From Eledone cirrhosa (taxonomy: Eukaryota), in assembly GCA_964016885.1 (NCBI GenBank), contig OZ024743.1:204414001-204478000 (forward strand): DNA of 64,000 nucleotides, given 5' to 3'. Shown piece after piece: positions 38,790 through 53,836 of this stretch (its first letter is position 1; every line of letters starts with the position of its first letter). The notes below the pieces were generated by a model that saw nothing but the letters and a program-made list of their open reading frames with translations, was not told where the DNA came from and ran no database searches. The position numbers were made by a program, and so were the translations under genes.

Positions 38790-39970
38790 TCGACTATGAT
38801 GTACCTGTGTACTGTAAATTCAGGCAACTCTACTTGGCACTACATAGGTTCCGCGGCTGGGGATTTCAAGAAAAGGTGGTACGTCCACAGACACTCCATG
38901 AAGAACCGTAGACTGGAGAACTCTACGACGCTCGCCAATAAAATCTGGCAGCTTTAAAACACAAACCAGGAGTATAAGATTAGCTGGTCAAAATTATCGG
39001 TAGCAAGGGCCTACAGACACGGAATGTCCTACTGCGGACTTTGTAATTTAGAATAATTCCATATTTTAAGGTACGATAAGATGCTGCTTAACAGCAAAAT
39101 AGAAAGATCAATTTTCTGTAGGCATAAAATAGCTACCACATTCACAAACTTCAAACCACCGTGATTCGAACCAGAAATCCCTAAATTAGAACTGAACCAC
39201 CTGGATTTTAACATATGGAATACACACTATCACACTGCTATTAGTTGTCAAACAGCCAACTGGTCACTAGATCATAAATCTCTTAACATCTCTTTCACCC
39301 TTTTTCCCTGAAACAGCATCAACCCCATTAAGACAAGACAATCAGCATAACATTTACCACACACATTTGTCAAACCTCCCTTCACCATCCACCCTTAGCC
39401 CTTATATCTCACACTTGTATCCACCAATTAATCTCTAATTTATTGCTTTTTCCCTTTTCTTTTATCTGTCACTACATCAGACTCTCTACGCGTATCTATG
39501 TATATTTCGAATATGACTTTTCATGATAGCACTAAACACACCACAGAATCCTTATAAGAACACTTACTCACCACCACCACAAGCATACTCTGTACTTACA
39601 TGCTCTCACTTATCCTTATTTATTTCTTTATATTTTCCATTTTCTTACTTTTTTAATGTATTTTTTCTTATCTTTTACTTTTTACGTTTTACATCTGTAA
39701 CTTTTCTACCTATTTGTCATATATATTTTATTATTGATGTTATTGTTTTGATTATACGGTATTCTTCTATATATATCTTGCCTCGAGTGAATTATTTTTA
39801 TATCTTCGTATTCTGATGAGTTGATCAGAGGTAAATAATGTAATAGAGATCGAGTGACGCAACTTCAAGCGATTAGCGACCTCTAGACTCACCTGATCAA
39901 TGAAACAATTGTCAATACCTGAAATAGAGCCCCTTGTTGTACAGCCAACCATGTTATACTCTTCATTCTT

Positions 39971-39975
<5 letters not shown>
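38790..39975 (+). mobile_element. PLE 3' fragment (GIY-YIG remnant + pseudo-LTR)
   Basis: YLCTV..WHYIGSAAGDFKKRWYVHRHS..TTLANKIWQL; HHR; ends in (TA)n. Confidence 0.8.
39808..39918 (+). ncRNA. Canonical-core hammerhead with ~80-nt stem II arm
   Basis: GUAUU-CUGAUGA-GUUGAUCAG...CUGAUCAAU-GAAA-CAAUUG-UC-AAUAC. Confidence 0.85.
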
Positions 39976-40009
<34 letters not shown>

Positions 40010-40013
<4 letters not shown>

Positions 40014-40470
40014 AAATGGGGAGAAAAATACTGCTGGTAGCACATGGATAACATGTAATAAAATAAGTCCCTCATCAGTGATTTGCCGACGATCATAGAT
40101 ATTACATTGTGTTAAAAATCATATACCTCACGTCGGTGCAATAATAACTAAATTAAGTTATTAGGACAATTAAAACGCGTAAAGCGAGTGAGACTAGAAA
40201 ACAACAAAGAGTAGAGCTAACCGTAGAAGGAAGGAGACAAGCTTCATAGTTATTCTGTTAGCATAAGCTAGGTGAATATATAAGCGCTTAGAAAAAAGAC
40301 CTTTCACGAACGAATGCAATGTGAGAAAGAGAGAAATTGCTTTCTTCGCGAACGGGGTGAAGTGAGGAGAGGAGAAACAGTGAGTGAGTGAGTGGAAGTG
40401 TGAGGAAGAGTTAACTGACATGACAGAGGGGGCGAAATAAAGTAGGAGAAACAGAGAGAATGGGGGAGCA

Positions 40471-40540
<70 letters not shown>

Positions 40541-40890
40541 GAATCGCAGTTTGGGTAAATATATGTAATAAAATGGGGAGAAAAATACTGCTGGTAGCAC
40601 ATGGATAACATGTAATAAAATAAGTCCCTCATCAGTGATTTGCCGACAATCATAGATATTTCATTGCATTAAAAATCATATACCTCACATCGGTGCAATA
40701 ATAACTAAATTAAGTTATTAGGACAATTAAAACGCGTAAAGCGAGTCAGACAAGAAAACAACAAAGAGTAGAGCTAACCGTAGAAGGAAGGAGACAAGCT
40801 TCACAGTTATTCTGTTAGCATAAGCTAAGTGAATATATGAGCGCTTAGAAAAAAGACCTTTCACGAACGAATGCAATGTGAGAAAGAGAG

Positions 40891-40893
<3 letters not shown>
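40010..40893 (-). mobile_element. Retrozyme-like tandem unit, 557-bp period, homolog of 25276-26005
   Basis: Repeat at 557-bp offset, (TA)n on both sides; motifs at 40624-40724 (intact core) and 40067-40167 (GAAA->GUAA). Confidence 0.7.
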
Positions 40894-40973
<80 letters not shown>

Positions 40974-41027
40974 TAAAAAAATAATGAATAAAACAATGAA
41001 ACAGTTCCTTATATTAAACAAAAAAAG

Positions 41028-41181
41028 TTCATTATTTAACGATCGTTTCTAGGATATATATGTGTTAGAATTGGCATGCATATTCAACAGATCTATGTAC
41101 AAAATTATACAAAATTATACAAACTATCAAAATTAAATATACATACCAACACATATATATGCCGTCTTCAGAAATAATGAA
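41028..41181 (-). ncRNA. Hammerhead ribozyme (inverted copy of 45498-45651)
   Basis: Reverse complement of the plus-strand copy. Confidence 0.8.
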
Positions 41182-43659
41182 ATATATTTATTGATAATAA
41201 CAACAATTCAAAATGACAGGTCTGTTTGGGAACAGAGTTCAAATTGACCAATGAAAACACAAAAAGTTTATACAGTTAGGTGTGTGTATATATGTAAGTA
41301 ACTTCGTTCACAGATATGCATAAAAATATATGTTCACATGCATACGCATGCCGAAAAGATGTATGTAAATACAAAAATTCAAGGCTAATGTCTCTGTATG
41401 TTTATAATCTACAGATAAAGTACGTATACGCATATAAATATAAAAATAAATATATACACATATAATATATCACTTAGAATTTCTAACCTTTCTTCTAACC
41501 AAGATGTATTTGATAAAAATGCGACCTTCTATAACGAAGCTCTAGATAGAAGTGGCCACAAAAATAGATTAGAATATATACCTTCTACTAAAAATACTAT
41601 AAACATACAACCTAATATTACCAACAAACACCAAATGAAAAGTACACACCTAAATGCCACCCACACTATACCCCGAAATACCAACAACTCTTCTAATATA
41701 AAGTATAGTAACTCTCAAAAAACTACTCATCATACAACTCTAATAAATGTTAATAATAAAACTCCTAATAAACAAGATAAAACACCTAAATCTACAAATC
41801 TAACTAAAAATGTGCGTGGTGAGATCATTAACATTAATCCTCCTAGTAAACATCACGATACAACCTATAAAAATAATAAACAACATAGAAACCGTAATAG
41901 ACGAGTTACTTGGTATAATGCTCCATTTAATTTACAAATTAAGGATAATATTGCTAAAAAAAATTTTTATATCCTAGAGAAAAACTTCCCGCCAAACCAC
42001 AAATACCATCAAATCTTAAATAGGTCTACAGTTAAATTCTCATACTCAACAACAAATAACATAAAACAAAATATAAGTGCCTATAATGCATATAAATGTA
42101 AGAATACCATAAGTATACCACCAATACATCAAACTAACCATAATATCTCCTCAAATACAGAATTAACGAAAGGTTGTAACTGTAGAAACAAAGCAAACTG
42201 CCCATTAAAAGGAAATTGTCTTGTTAACAACATAGTTTATAAATGTAATGTTAAAACTAAAGATTCTATTTGCTCAGATATAGGAGCTACTTCTAACAAT
42301 TTTAAGGTAAGGTTTAATACCCACAAACATAGTTTTAAAAATGCCGCACTGGCTAATACAACATCTCTAGCAGAAAAAATCAATAGTTATAAAAATAAGA
42401 ATATAGAATATGATATGACCTGGAGTGTGCTCAAAAGAGCCACCCCTTATCAAAATAATAGAAATGAATGTAGATTAGGTTCCCAAGAACTATTTGAAAT
42501 AATGAAATCTAAGGATATCCTATTAAATAAACGACAGGAATTAATTATATCGTGTAATCATAAACTAAGAAAAACATTTAAATATTATAAACCTAATTAA
42601 TAACATTATTTTAGAAATTAATATATAATTTAATTTAAATGTTAGTTAACCTATAAATTGAATTTATTTAAAATTCTACTACAGATGAGATTATAAAATA
42701 TTGTGTAATCATAAATTGTGAAAAACTTTTAAATATTAGTAATATATACTTCGTAAATTAATTTATAGATTAATTTTAATTTATTTAACCTTTTATTAAA
42801 ATTCCTTTACAGATAAAATATAACAAAATATCGTGTATTCAATGACAGAGAAATAATTTTTAATATTATAGACCTAATTAATGTACATTTTAGAAATATA
42901 TTTATAATTTGGTTTTAAATTTGTTTAACCTAAAAATTTAATTTAATTGGCTTAAAATTAATATCCTAATACAGATGGATTGCAGAGTGTCATGTAATCA
43001 TAGACTGAGATAGGTTTTGGATGTATACCTAGTTAATATATTCTTTGCAATTTTTGAAAAAATATGTATGTGTATGTATATATATGTATATGTATGTATA
43101 TATATATATGTATATGTATATATATATGTGTATGTATTAATTTTAATTTCTGTTTACCTATAATTATATTCTACTATAGATAAAATACAATATCTGTTTT
43201 AATTATTATAAACCAAATTAACATATACTATAGAAATTAATATATAATTTTTAATTTAGTTAACCTATAATTTATATTCTACTACCGATGTAATACTTTA
43301 TTTGTTTTTTTCCCTATTACTAAATTCATTTCCTAATATTGATACCATAACGTTAATAATTTTAATTTAGTTATACTATAATTAATACTCTACTACTATT
43401 TAACTTCAAAATTCCGCTTCAAATATTATAAACCTAAGTAGTATACACCTTAGAAATCAATATATTAACTATCTTTATTTTAGTTAACCTATAATTAATA
43501 GTCTACTTATATTAAAATGCATAATTTTGCCTTCTTTCTTACATTTCCTAATACTGAAACTACTATGTAAACACATATTGTGATCTAAATGCAGATTAAT
43601 ATTCTGTTTCTTGAAACCTATATTTACTATAATCCCCCCCCCCCCTATTATTATTTGTA

Positions 43660-44926
<1,267 letters not shown>

Positions 44927-45497
44927 CTTAATATATTTCTTTTTTCTTTTTCTTTTTATTTCTAAATTTATAGATACATTTATAAATAGGCAGCTTGCTG
45001 ACACCGCTAAATACTGACCTTTTCTGCCCCCCCCCCCACCTACTTTCTGTCTCTGGATCCAAATATGTGTGGCAGTGTTTATGTGCGCGCATTAATGTCC
45101 ATATGCTTATGATAATAGTATATACACATATATGTGTGTGGGGGTGTGTGTGTGAATGTATGTTCGTGGTTGTGTGTATGTTTATGCGTATAAGCGCGTG
45201 TGTGTGTGAATGTACGTATATGTGTGAGTATATGAATGTGTGTATATATTTATTTTTATATTTATATGCGTATACGTACTTTATCTGTAGATTATAAACA
45301 TACAGAGACACTAGCCTTGAATTTTTGTATTTACATACATCTTTTCGGCATGCGTATGCATGTGAACATATATTTTTATGCATATCTGTGAACGAAGTTA
45401 CTTACATATATACACACACCTAACTGTATAAACTTTTTGTGTTTTCATCCCAAACAGACCTGTCATTTTGAATTGTTGTTATTATCAATAAATATAT

Positions 45498-45651
45498 TTC
45501 ATTATTTCTGAAGACGGCATATATATGTGTTGGTATGTATATTTAATTTTGATAGTTTGTATAATTTTGTATAATTTTGTACATAGATCTGTTGAATATG
45601 CATGCCAATTCTAACACATATATATCCTAGAAACGATCGTTAAATAATGAA
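45498..45651 (+). ncRNA. Type I hammerhead with 10-bp stem I and ~115-nt stem II arm
   Basis: UUCAUUAUUU-CUGAAGA-(AUAUAUAUGUGUUGG...CUAACACAUAUAUAU)-GAAA-CGAUCG-UU-AAAUAAUGAA. Confidence 0.82.
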
Positions 45652-45871
45652 CTTTTTTTGTTTAATATAAGGAACTGTTTCATTGTTTTATTCATTATTT
45701 TTTTAATATTTTATCTTGACTCTGTATTCCGTTTATCTTTCACCGAAAGTGATTTTTCATTGCATCTCTTCTTTCCATGATATCCGGATTACATTGAGTT
45801 CTTCATACGGATTGGACACTACCGTAAACTCTTGGTAGATTTATCTACATATATATATATATATATATATA

Positions 45872-46085
45872 TGAAATTAGAAAATAGAATAGCTTTCACC
45901 GTATTTTTGACTAAAGGAATTTTAGCCTGATAATGGGGTTTAGAACCCTCAAATAAATGGAAAAAGATGAGTATTGACGTCAATACTCATCTTTTTCCAT
46001 TTATCTGAGGGTTCTAAACCCCATTATCAGGGTAAAATTCCTTTAGTCAAAAATACGGTGAAAGCTATTCTATTTTCTAATTTCA
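45872..46085. repeat. 214-bp spacerless palindrome
   Basis: Centred on GAC|GTC at 45978/45979; two mismatches. Confidence 0.92.
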
Positions 46086-46118
46086 AACCTCCTCACGGTT
46101 TCAAAACATACTTACTTG

Positions 46119-46149
<31 letters not shown>

Positions 46150-46366
46150 AATATATATATAAAATATATATAAAATATATAATATCGCATGATTGGCTAG
46201 TAAGAACATCTCAACAAGTGACTAAAGACAAGAAATATAGATCGAAACTAAATCAATCATAAAGCAAATGTCACCTATGTTTGCTTTTGTCCCGTAGCGT
46301 GGTTCTCTAGCAATAACATCATAAGTCACAAGTAAATAAAGATAAGAAATATAGATCGAAACTAAA

Positions 46367-47233
46367 TCTATATATATAAAACTGTGGTTGTCTGTCTGTC
46401 TATCGATTTTTGGCACACATCTCCTCTTAGAATCTCTCACGGTATTGAACCGAAATTGCTAGACTTGTACATTGAGCCCTAGCAAAGACATCGGAAAAAA
46501 AAATTTCAAATTGACCCACCCTATGTGACGAAATCGAATATAATGTATCGATTTTTGAGCGTAAGTGATCAGTTATTTCCCTTTGTTCTGTTTACATTGA
46601 GCGTCTTACGTAAAAAATTACGCTGGCTTTCTCACACTAAGCTTCCGTTTTGCTTCATTTCCATTTAAAAGCCTTTTAAAACAATATTTTTACTTGAAAA
46701 CAAGTCTATTTAAAGACTACGTAAAACAAGCAAATATTTCGTAAAAAAAAGCAAAAATTATATAAGTTTATTTAAAATATATGTATCTATAAATTTCGTT
46801 AGGCGTGCAGACAGACAGTCGTGCAGAGAGGTGATATACGCGTGCAGACAGACAGTCGTGCAGAGAGGTGATATAGGCGTGCAGACAGACAGTCGTGCAG
46901 AGAGGTGATATAGGCGTGCAGACAGACATAACTGATAATTTGGTTACGCTAATGTTTTTATCTGCGTTGCAGTGTTTACATTTTCGATCTTTGTTAATAA
47001 ATAACCAGTGCAGTTTTTATCCCCAGCATCCTCTTTTGTTATAACATTCGGGTTATCGTTATGTTTTCTTAACTTCATAAGGCATATTGTTGTTTGAGGG
47101 AATATTAATCAAAAACACCACATGCAAGTCTGCACAGTAGACACTACAGTTTTTAAGCCAAAAAAGAAACTTAACATTGTAACTTTAACACAGCTACTGA
47201 GCGACCCCGAGCAACGCCGGGCTTTACTGCTAG
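46367..47233 (+). mobile_element. Non-autonomous Helitron, second copy
   Basis: A|TC...CTAG|T termini; near identical to 36824-37807 with internal indels. Confidence 0.88.
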
Positions 47234-47374
47234 TTAACGATAAAGCAGATGTCAATTTTCTGAACATAAAACGTCTCGGATGAGCACCTCATCACCCTTA
47301 AACAGAACCAGCAATTAGCGAGCTGCGGTATTGTATCCAAGTCATGGAGTCAAACCGTATCTCCAGACCTGCCT

Positions 47375-47596
47375 AATAATTGTGCCTAAATCTACTTTTG
47401 GCATAAGGCCAACAATTCTAGGGAGGTCGATTAAATCGGCGTCAGTGAATTATGGGTGTTTCTACTTTATCGCCTCCGCAAGGATGAAAAACAAAGCTAA
47501 TCTCGGCGGGATTTGAACACAGAACATTAAGGTACGTAGCTATACGCCGCAAAGCATGTTGTCCGAAGCTCTACCGATTCTGCCAATGCACCGCCT
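47375..47596 (-). mobile_element. tRNA-derived SINE (diverged)
   Basis: tggcagaatcggtagagc...gttcaaatcccgccgag...ttcatcct...gataaa on the minus strand. Confidence 0.75.
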
Positions 47597-47773
47597 GACC
47601 TACTAAATAATAATTAACTGCAAAACAACACACCACCACCAACTACCACACCAACAAATAACGAACAACTGTTCCATCAACACTATCATACCAACTTACT
47701 CTACTACAACCTTGTCACAATGCCAACCACCACTGCAAAAACTCATCACTGCTTCCATTATCGTCATAACAAT

Positions 47774-47950
47774 GGGAGGTGGATTGGCAGTATCGGTAGA
47801 GCGTCAGACGCCACGCTTTGCAGTATAGAGTTATGGCGTTTCATGTTCTGATTTAAAATCCCGCCGAGGTTAACTTTGCCATTCATCCTAACGGGGTCGA
47901 TAAAATAAAGCATTAGTAATGTCCTTATGCCAACAATAGAAACAATTATC
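47774..47950 (+). mobile_element. tRNA-derived SINE
   Basis: Same family as 17390. Confidence 0.8.
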
Positions 47951-48192
47951 ATCACAATAATATCGACAGCATTCTCATGCATATTTCTTTTGTTTTCACG
48001 TATGTATCATAAACAGTTTCAACTTCACCGAATTTCTTTTTACAGTGCGCGATTCACTTTATTATTCTCAGGCGGGTTTAAACGGTGACTAAGGGTGTTC
48101 CAAAGAGAAAGGGAAGGATGAGAAGTGAACGATAAATTATGAGAACGTGGAAGCATCTGAACAGAAGAAAGAATATATATCAATAGAGAGAG

Positions 48193-48257
<65 letters not shown>

Positions 48258-48299
48258 AGTGAGAATTCGATGATGTAAAATATAGTCTGGGGTGGTGAG

Positions 48300-48797
48300 T
48301 CATACACACATACTTAATAAACATATAAATAGCAACATAAAAATATCCACATCCACTATTGAACCTGTAGCGCTGCAAATGTTATGATATAGAATCCAGC
48401 TTCTCTTCAGCCTTTGTAACAAATTTGTTATGTCGTTGTTGTTGCTGTTGTTGTTGCTGCTAATGCTGTTGTTGTTTATGCTGCTGCTGATGCTGTTGCG
48501 GCTGCTGCTGTTATTACGGCTGCTACTGCTATTATTCCTGAAGTCAGACGAATGAAATGGGTTTTCGTATTTCCCGCACACCTTTTTCGTCGTTGTCGTC
48601 GTCGTCGTGGAGAAATCTTGCACGCTTTGCACGTGATTTTTCTTTTCTGGCGTCGCTTGCGAAAGAGAAGGGAGGGAGAGAGACACGTTTAGAGAAGGGA
48701 GGGAGAGAGACAATCTTCTCTCTGCTGTAGTGACGATTGAGGAAGAAGAAGACGGAATGAGTGGGAGTGACCTATGAAAATTCTTTTTCGTAGCCAT
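48300..48797 (-). CDS. Possible host first coding exon (Ser/Asn-rich low-complexity N-terminus)
   Basis: aaaacATGG start context, ~165 open codons across trinucleotide repeats, CpG-containing flank, possible GTATGT donor near 48313; no recognisable domain. Confidence 0.25.
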   Translation of the reverse strand: MATKKNFHRSLPLIPSSSSSIVTTAERRLSLSLPSLNVSLSLPSLSQATPEKKNHVQSVQDFSTTTTTTTKKVCGKYENPFHSSDFRNNSSSSRNNSSSRNSISSSINNNSISSNNNSNNNDITNLLQRLKRSWILYHNICSATGSIVDVDIFMLLFICLLSMCV

Positions 48798-49014
48798 GTT
48801 TTTTTGTTTTTTTTTCAATAAATATTGGGCACAAAACCCCAATAAGCGGTTATGTAACCCCGGAGGGCCAAATAACGGGCAGAATGACCCCTCTCACGAG
48901 GAGGAGGGTGTTTTTGTCTACAATTTGGTTAAAGTTTTAAACAATTTACAATTGTTATAGCGGTCAAAATTTACAATACCTTACAGAGCCGAGCCTCCGT
49001 CAACCATAGCATTC

Positions 49015-49033
49015 AATAATAATAATAATAATG

Positions 49034-49082
<49 letters not shown>

Positions 49083-49157
49083 TGCCAATAATACCAATGA
49101 TGCCTGCCCAAAGTATCTGGATGATACTCGGTAGTCATTGCAGATAAAGTTAAATCA

Positions 49158-49212
<55 letters not shown>

Positions 49213-49231
49213 GAAGGGAATAATAATAATA
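49015..49231. repeat. (TAA)n tracts enclosing an ~80-bp possible LINE 3'-end remnant
   Basis: Direct; 49082-49158 sits between TAA runs. Confidence 0.7.
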
Positions 49232-50189
49232 AGGGAAGAAGACGCACGAGGTGACGGAGGTCATGAAATCGCTCCCGTAAGTTTTGAATTTTTAACATAT
49301 TTAAATCATTTGTGAAATAACAACTCTTAGTACAAATGCTACGTAAAGCACCCGGCTTGAGCCCCAAAAAATTCGGACCCAAAATATATTGTTATAAGGC
49401 TCAAATATTCAAATATTCAACTTTGTATTGTACACTGTATATCCAAAAAAGAAAATGGCTATAAATGGAAGAAGAACCCCCCCCCCTCCTCTCCTCTGTC
49501 TACACTATATAGGACAGCCAAAATCACCAACACCAGAAACTAGATACACCACCCACCCCATCATCTGTGTACACTAAACACAACAGCCAGATAACGGCAT
49601 TTTCACCTCACCGCCACCGCTCACTACGGCCATCATTACCACCACTATCCCATCACCGCCGCCACCACCCCTTGACTCCTTCACTGCTGCCACCGCTACA
49701 GCACCATCACTACAGTAATACGGTCACATCACCGCCACCACTGCCTCGGTATCGACATCACCACCACCACTGTCTCAATATCGCTACCGCCGCCAGTCTC
49801 CCACTTCTCCCTGCTGGCTGCTACTTCCACATTATAGAATTCCTACTACTAACAAAGAGGAAGGCATCAAAATATATAGATAGACTCAAAAGAAAAAAAG
49901 AAAAAACAAACAACAAAACCAAAGCAGCACAGCAACAACAGCAAAAACGAGAAAAACAAACAGAGAAAAACAAAAACAAAAACAAAAAAAGAAACCCCAA
50001 AAACGTAAAGAAAATAAGAATGAAGAGAGAAGCAGGCGGACGGACAGAGAAGAGGGGGGGAAAAGTAAAACTTAAAAAACAAAAACTAAGTCAGACATTC
50101 GAACACTACATTACAATGAAACTTATGCTTATTCATTTTTGGGGCCCTTTCTGCCTGTGTGTTTGTTTGTTTATGTGTGTTCGTATACA

Positions 50190-53100
50190 GCGTGGTGATA
50201 ATGCCACACAAGGGCCAAGTGGAATGGCGGATCCACAGATGGCTATGTAACTATACATTCGCCAATCCTCGATAAGAGTGTTTAAATATCGAACATAAAC
50301 AGTTCGAATAACGGTGAAATGGAGACTAGAACGTCATGTGACAGACTCTCACCCAACAGGTGCCCCCTGGCTCAGCAGCAGGAACCTGACTGTCAACCAA
50401 ATACTGCTGATGTTGGAGGAGGAAGAAGAAGGAAAGGGGCCAGAACCAACTGGACGAAAGAATTGAATAGAACTGTTATGCAATGCTACCTGAAAAGTAA
50501 CCCCAAGGAGAGGGGCTACAGGAGACGGATGCATAACATCTGGAACGAGATTGGTTTATTTAAATTAGATGAACAAAAATTGGCCGGGCAAGCTCGGGTA
50601 ATAAGAACTAATGGGTGGATAAGCGAGCTGGAACTGGAGGAACTGAGCAGAGAGAATGGCTTGGAGATGGCGGGTGTAGTATGCCAGACAAGCGAGCCAG
50701 TGGGAAATGAAGGTGAAGAGGTCCTGAGAACGGAGGAACCACCCGAAGCAGACAATGATGTGAATACTGAGATAAATAATACCTGGAACAGAGATACGGC
50801 CACTGAGGAGATGAATGCTGACGGGCTAGGACAAGATTCCGTTGACATCCTAAATTTAGTGGTAGATGAATTGAACAATGATAGTGGGAGACCTATGAAC
50901 CTAAGATTTGTAGACAGGAAAAAGTTAAAAGAAACAACAGCTAAGGTAAACAAAGTCATCCCATACCTTGAGGCGAGGAGCCTTCACCAGTGCAACAATA
51001 TCCTCAAAGCAACAGCAAATACGGTGAGGAAACTACTTGGTATAAAAGCGAGAGGAAACAACAGACAAGAAAGAGCAGAGCCGTGGTGGAAGAAGCGACT
51101 GAGTGGGCAAATCGGGGAAATGAGAAATGACATAGGAAAGCTTGAGTCACTACTGAATGGGACACTAAAAAACATAGGCACTAAAAATAGACTGGAAATA
51201 AAATACAAAACTAGGAGTAAAAAGCTAAATATTATCATAGAGGAATTGAAGCAACGCATTGTAGCAAAGAGTGCAAAAATCAGGCGATACGAGAACAGAG
51301 TCAGTCAGTATAAACAGAACCGCATGTTCGACAACAACCAGAAGATGCTGTTTGGACAGCTTGAGGGGAAAGAAAGAGGCAACGACTTGATCCCTGGGGC
51401 GGAACAAACTAAAACATTCTGGAGAGGAATATGGGAGCAGGATGTTAGACACAATGCCCAGGCAGGGTGGATTGACACAGTACAGAGGGAGATCGGTGAG
51501 CAGGCACAGCAACAGACTGATTTGAGTATCACAGTTGAAACTCTTAAGGGGCAGGCCAAAAAACTAACCAACTGGAAATCACCAGGCCCAGATGGTGTGC
51601 AGGGGTATTGGATTAAACATTTAACATCCCTCCACCCGAAGCTGACGGCCATGTTCAATGACTGCTTGGTGTCGGGTGAGGTGCCAGAGTGGTTGACAAA
51701 AGGTACCACAGTTCTGATAATGAAAGACCGAATCAAGGGTAATGATGTTGCCAACTATAGACCTATCACATGTCTGTCCGTAATGTGGAAACTGTTGACG
51801 AGCATTGTGTCTGAGGAAATCTACCATCACCTCCACACAAACAACTTGTTACCGGACGAACAGAAAGGATGCCGAAAGAAGTCACGTGGTACAAAGGACC
51901 AGTTGCTTATTGATAAGATGGTAATGGGGAATTGCAGGAGGAGACACACTGATCTTGCCATGGGATGGATAGACTACAGAAAGGCATTTGACATGGTGCC
52001 TCATTCCTGGATCACCAAGAGCCTGGAGATCTTCAGGGTGGCAGATAACATCAGACAGTTGCTAGGCAGGAGTATGGGGTCCTAGGAGACAGAGTTGACA
52101 TCAACTGGAGTATCCTTGGGAAGCGTGAAGATCAAGAGAGGTATCTTCCAGGGAGATAGCCTGTCCCCTCTGTTGTTTGTCCTTGCCCTGATGCCCTTGA
52201 CCATTATGCTGCGAAAAGTGAGAGCAGGATACAAGTTGGGAAGGGGAGAGCTCACCATCAATCACCTCCTCTTCATGGACGATCTTAAGCTCTTCGGGAA
52301 AAGTGAGAAGGAGTTGGATGTGCTTGTTGACACTGTCCGTATTTTCAGCAATGATATGATATATGTATGCAATTTCGTATTAGTAAGTGTGGAGTCCTTG
52401 TGATGAAGAGGGGTAGGTTGAGCAGAAGTAACGGGATCCAGATACCAACAGGTGAGATGATAAAGGAAATTGACTCTGAGGAAGGATACAAGTATTTGGG
52501 CGTTCTGGAGGCTGATGGCATAAAGAACAAAAAAATGAAGGAATTGTTAAGAACTGAATACATTCGGAGAGTAAGGAGCGTATTGAAGTCACATCTGAAC
52601 AGCAGAAATGCCATAAGCGCAGTAAATTCCCGAGCTGTGTCTATTATCAGGTACAGTGCGGGAATTCTGAGATGGAATGTTGCTGAACAAAAAGAAATGG
52701 ATAGGAAGACTAGGAAGCTATTGACTATCTACAACATGTTCCACAAGAGGAGTGATGTCGATAGACTCTACCTAAGGAGATCTGAGGGTGGAAGAGGTCT
52801 TATCAGCATAGAGGACTGTGTTCAGATGGAGAAAAACAACCTGTACAAATACGTGACCTATAGTAAGGAGCCAATGCTCAGAACTGTACTGAAGGAGGGG
52901 ACAGTAGGCCAGGGGATGTCCAAGGAGGAAATAACATCAAGGAGGAAGAGTAGCCTTAAGGAAAAATCCCTTCATAGTACCTTCTTTGAGAAAACTGAAT
53001 TTAGAGATCCACAGACATGGAACTGGTTGAGAAAAGGAGACCTCAAAAAGGCTACAGAAGGAATGCTAATGGCTGCGCAGGAGCAGGCCCTCAAAACGAA

Positions 53101-53802
53101 GTGGTTGAAGCACCATATCTACAAGGAGGAGGCTAGCCCACTGTGCAGGATCTGTGGAGAGAGAGAGGAGACTGTGGCTCACATTGTGTCCGAGTGTAAA
53201 CACCTAGCCCAGACCCACTATAAGGGCTGGAGACACGATGTGATGGGCAGGGTGATCCACTGGCACCTGTGCAAAGTAAACAATTTACCACATTCTGAGA
53301 AATGGTATGAGCATAGGCCAGAGGCGGTGATGGAGAACAATCAGGTGAAGGTGCTGTGGGATTTTAGGATACAGACGGACAAAAAACTGGAACACAATAG
53401 ACCTGACCTGGTGGTTGTGGACAAAGAAAAAAGATCGTGCCTGATTGTGGATGTGGCCTGCCCGTTCGACACGAGAGTGCAAGAGAAGGAGAGGGAGAAA
53501 ATTAACCGATACCAGGACCTAAAGTGGGAGGTGAAAAGGATTTGGAACTGCCATGAAGTCAAAGTGATCCCGATTGTCATAGGCGCACTGGGGACTATCT
53601 CCAAAAGTTTCCAGGGATGGTTAAAGAAAATCGGCCCCTTCACGCTTTTTGGAACGCTTCAAAAGGCATGCTTGCTTGGAACAGCAAGAACCCTCCGATA
53701 CGTCCTGAATATCTGAGGCTGCAGGTAGCGGCTTGATATTCAATCCAACGGACTTTCCAGTTAACCAACATCAATGACTGAGATTCAAGGAATAACAACA
53801 AC

Positions 53803-53836
<34 letters not shown>
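50190..53836 (+). mobile_element. Near full-length R4/Dong-type non-LTR retrotransposon (RT + CCHC + restriction-like endonuclease), copy A
   Basis: NWKSPGPD, NYRPITCL, EQKGC, IDYRKAFD, GIFQGDSLSP, FMDD, CRIC..ETVAHIVSEC, RHD, RPDL, DVACP, EKINRY.DL; (AAT)n tail; 5' boundary approximate. Confidence 0.9.
50319..53716 (+). pseudogene. R4/Dong ORF with TGG->TAG at 52083 and a frameshift at 52353-52362
   Basis: Three ORF pieces; copy C has TGG at the homologous codon. Confidence 0.88.

Noticed and set aside
49567-50250. 227-aa His/Pro/Lys-rich ORF upstream of the Dong element
   Set aside because: GTG start, low-complexity (CAC)n and A-rich sequence, no domain
50190-50320. Possible HDV-like ribozyme at the 5' end of R4/Dong copy A (UCCUCG, hairpin UCGAAC/GUUCGA, UUCGCC/GGUGAA)
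   Set aside because: Could not form P1 and P3 or place the catalytic C; needs a descriptor search on the family consensus
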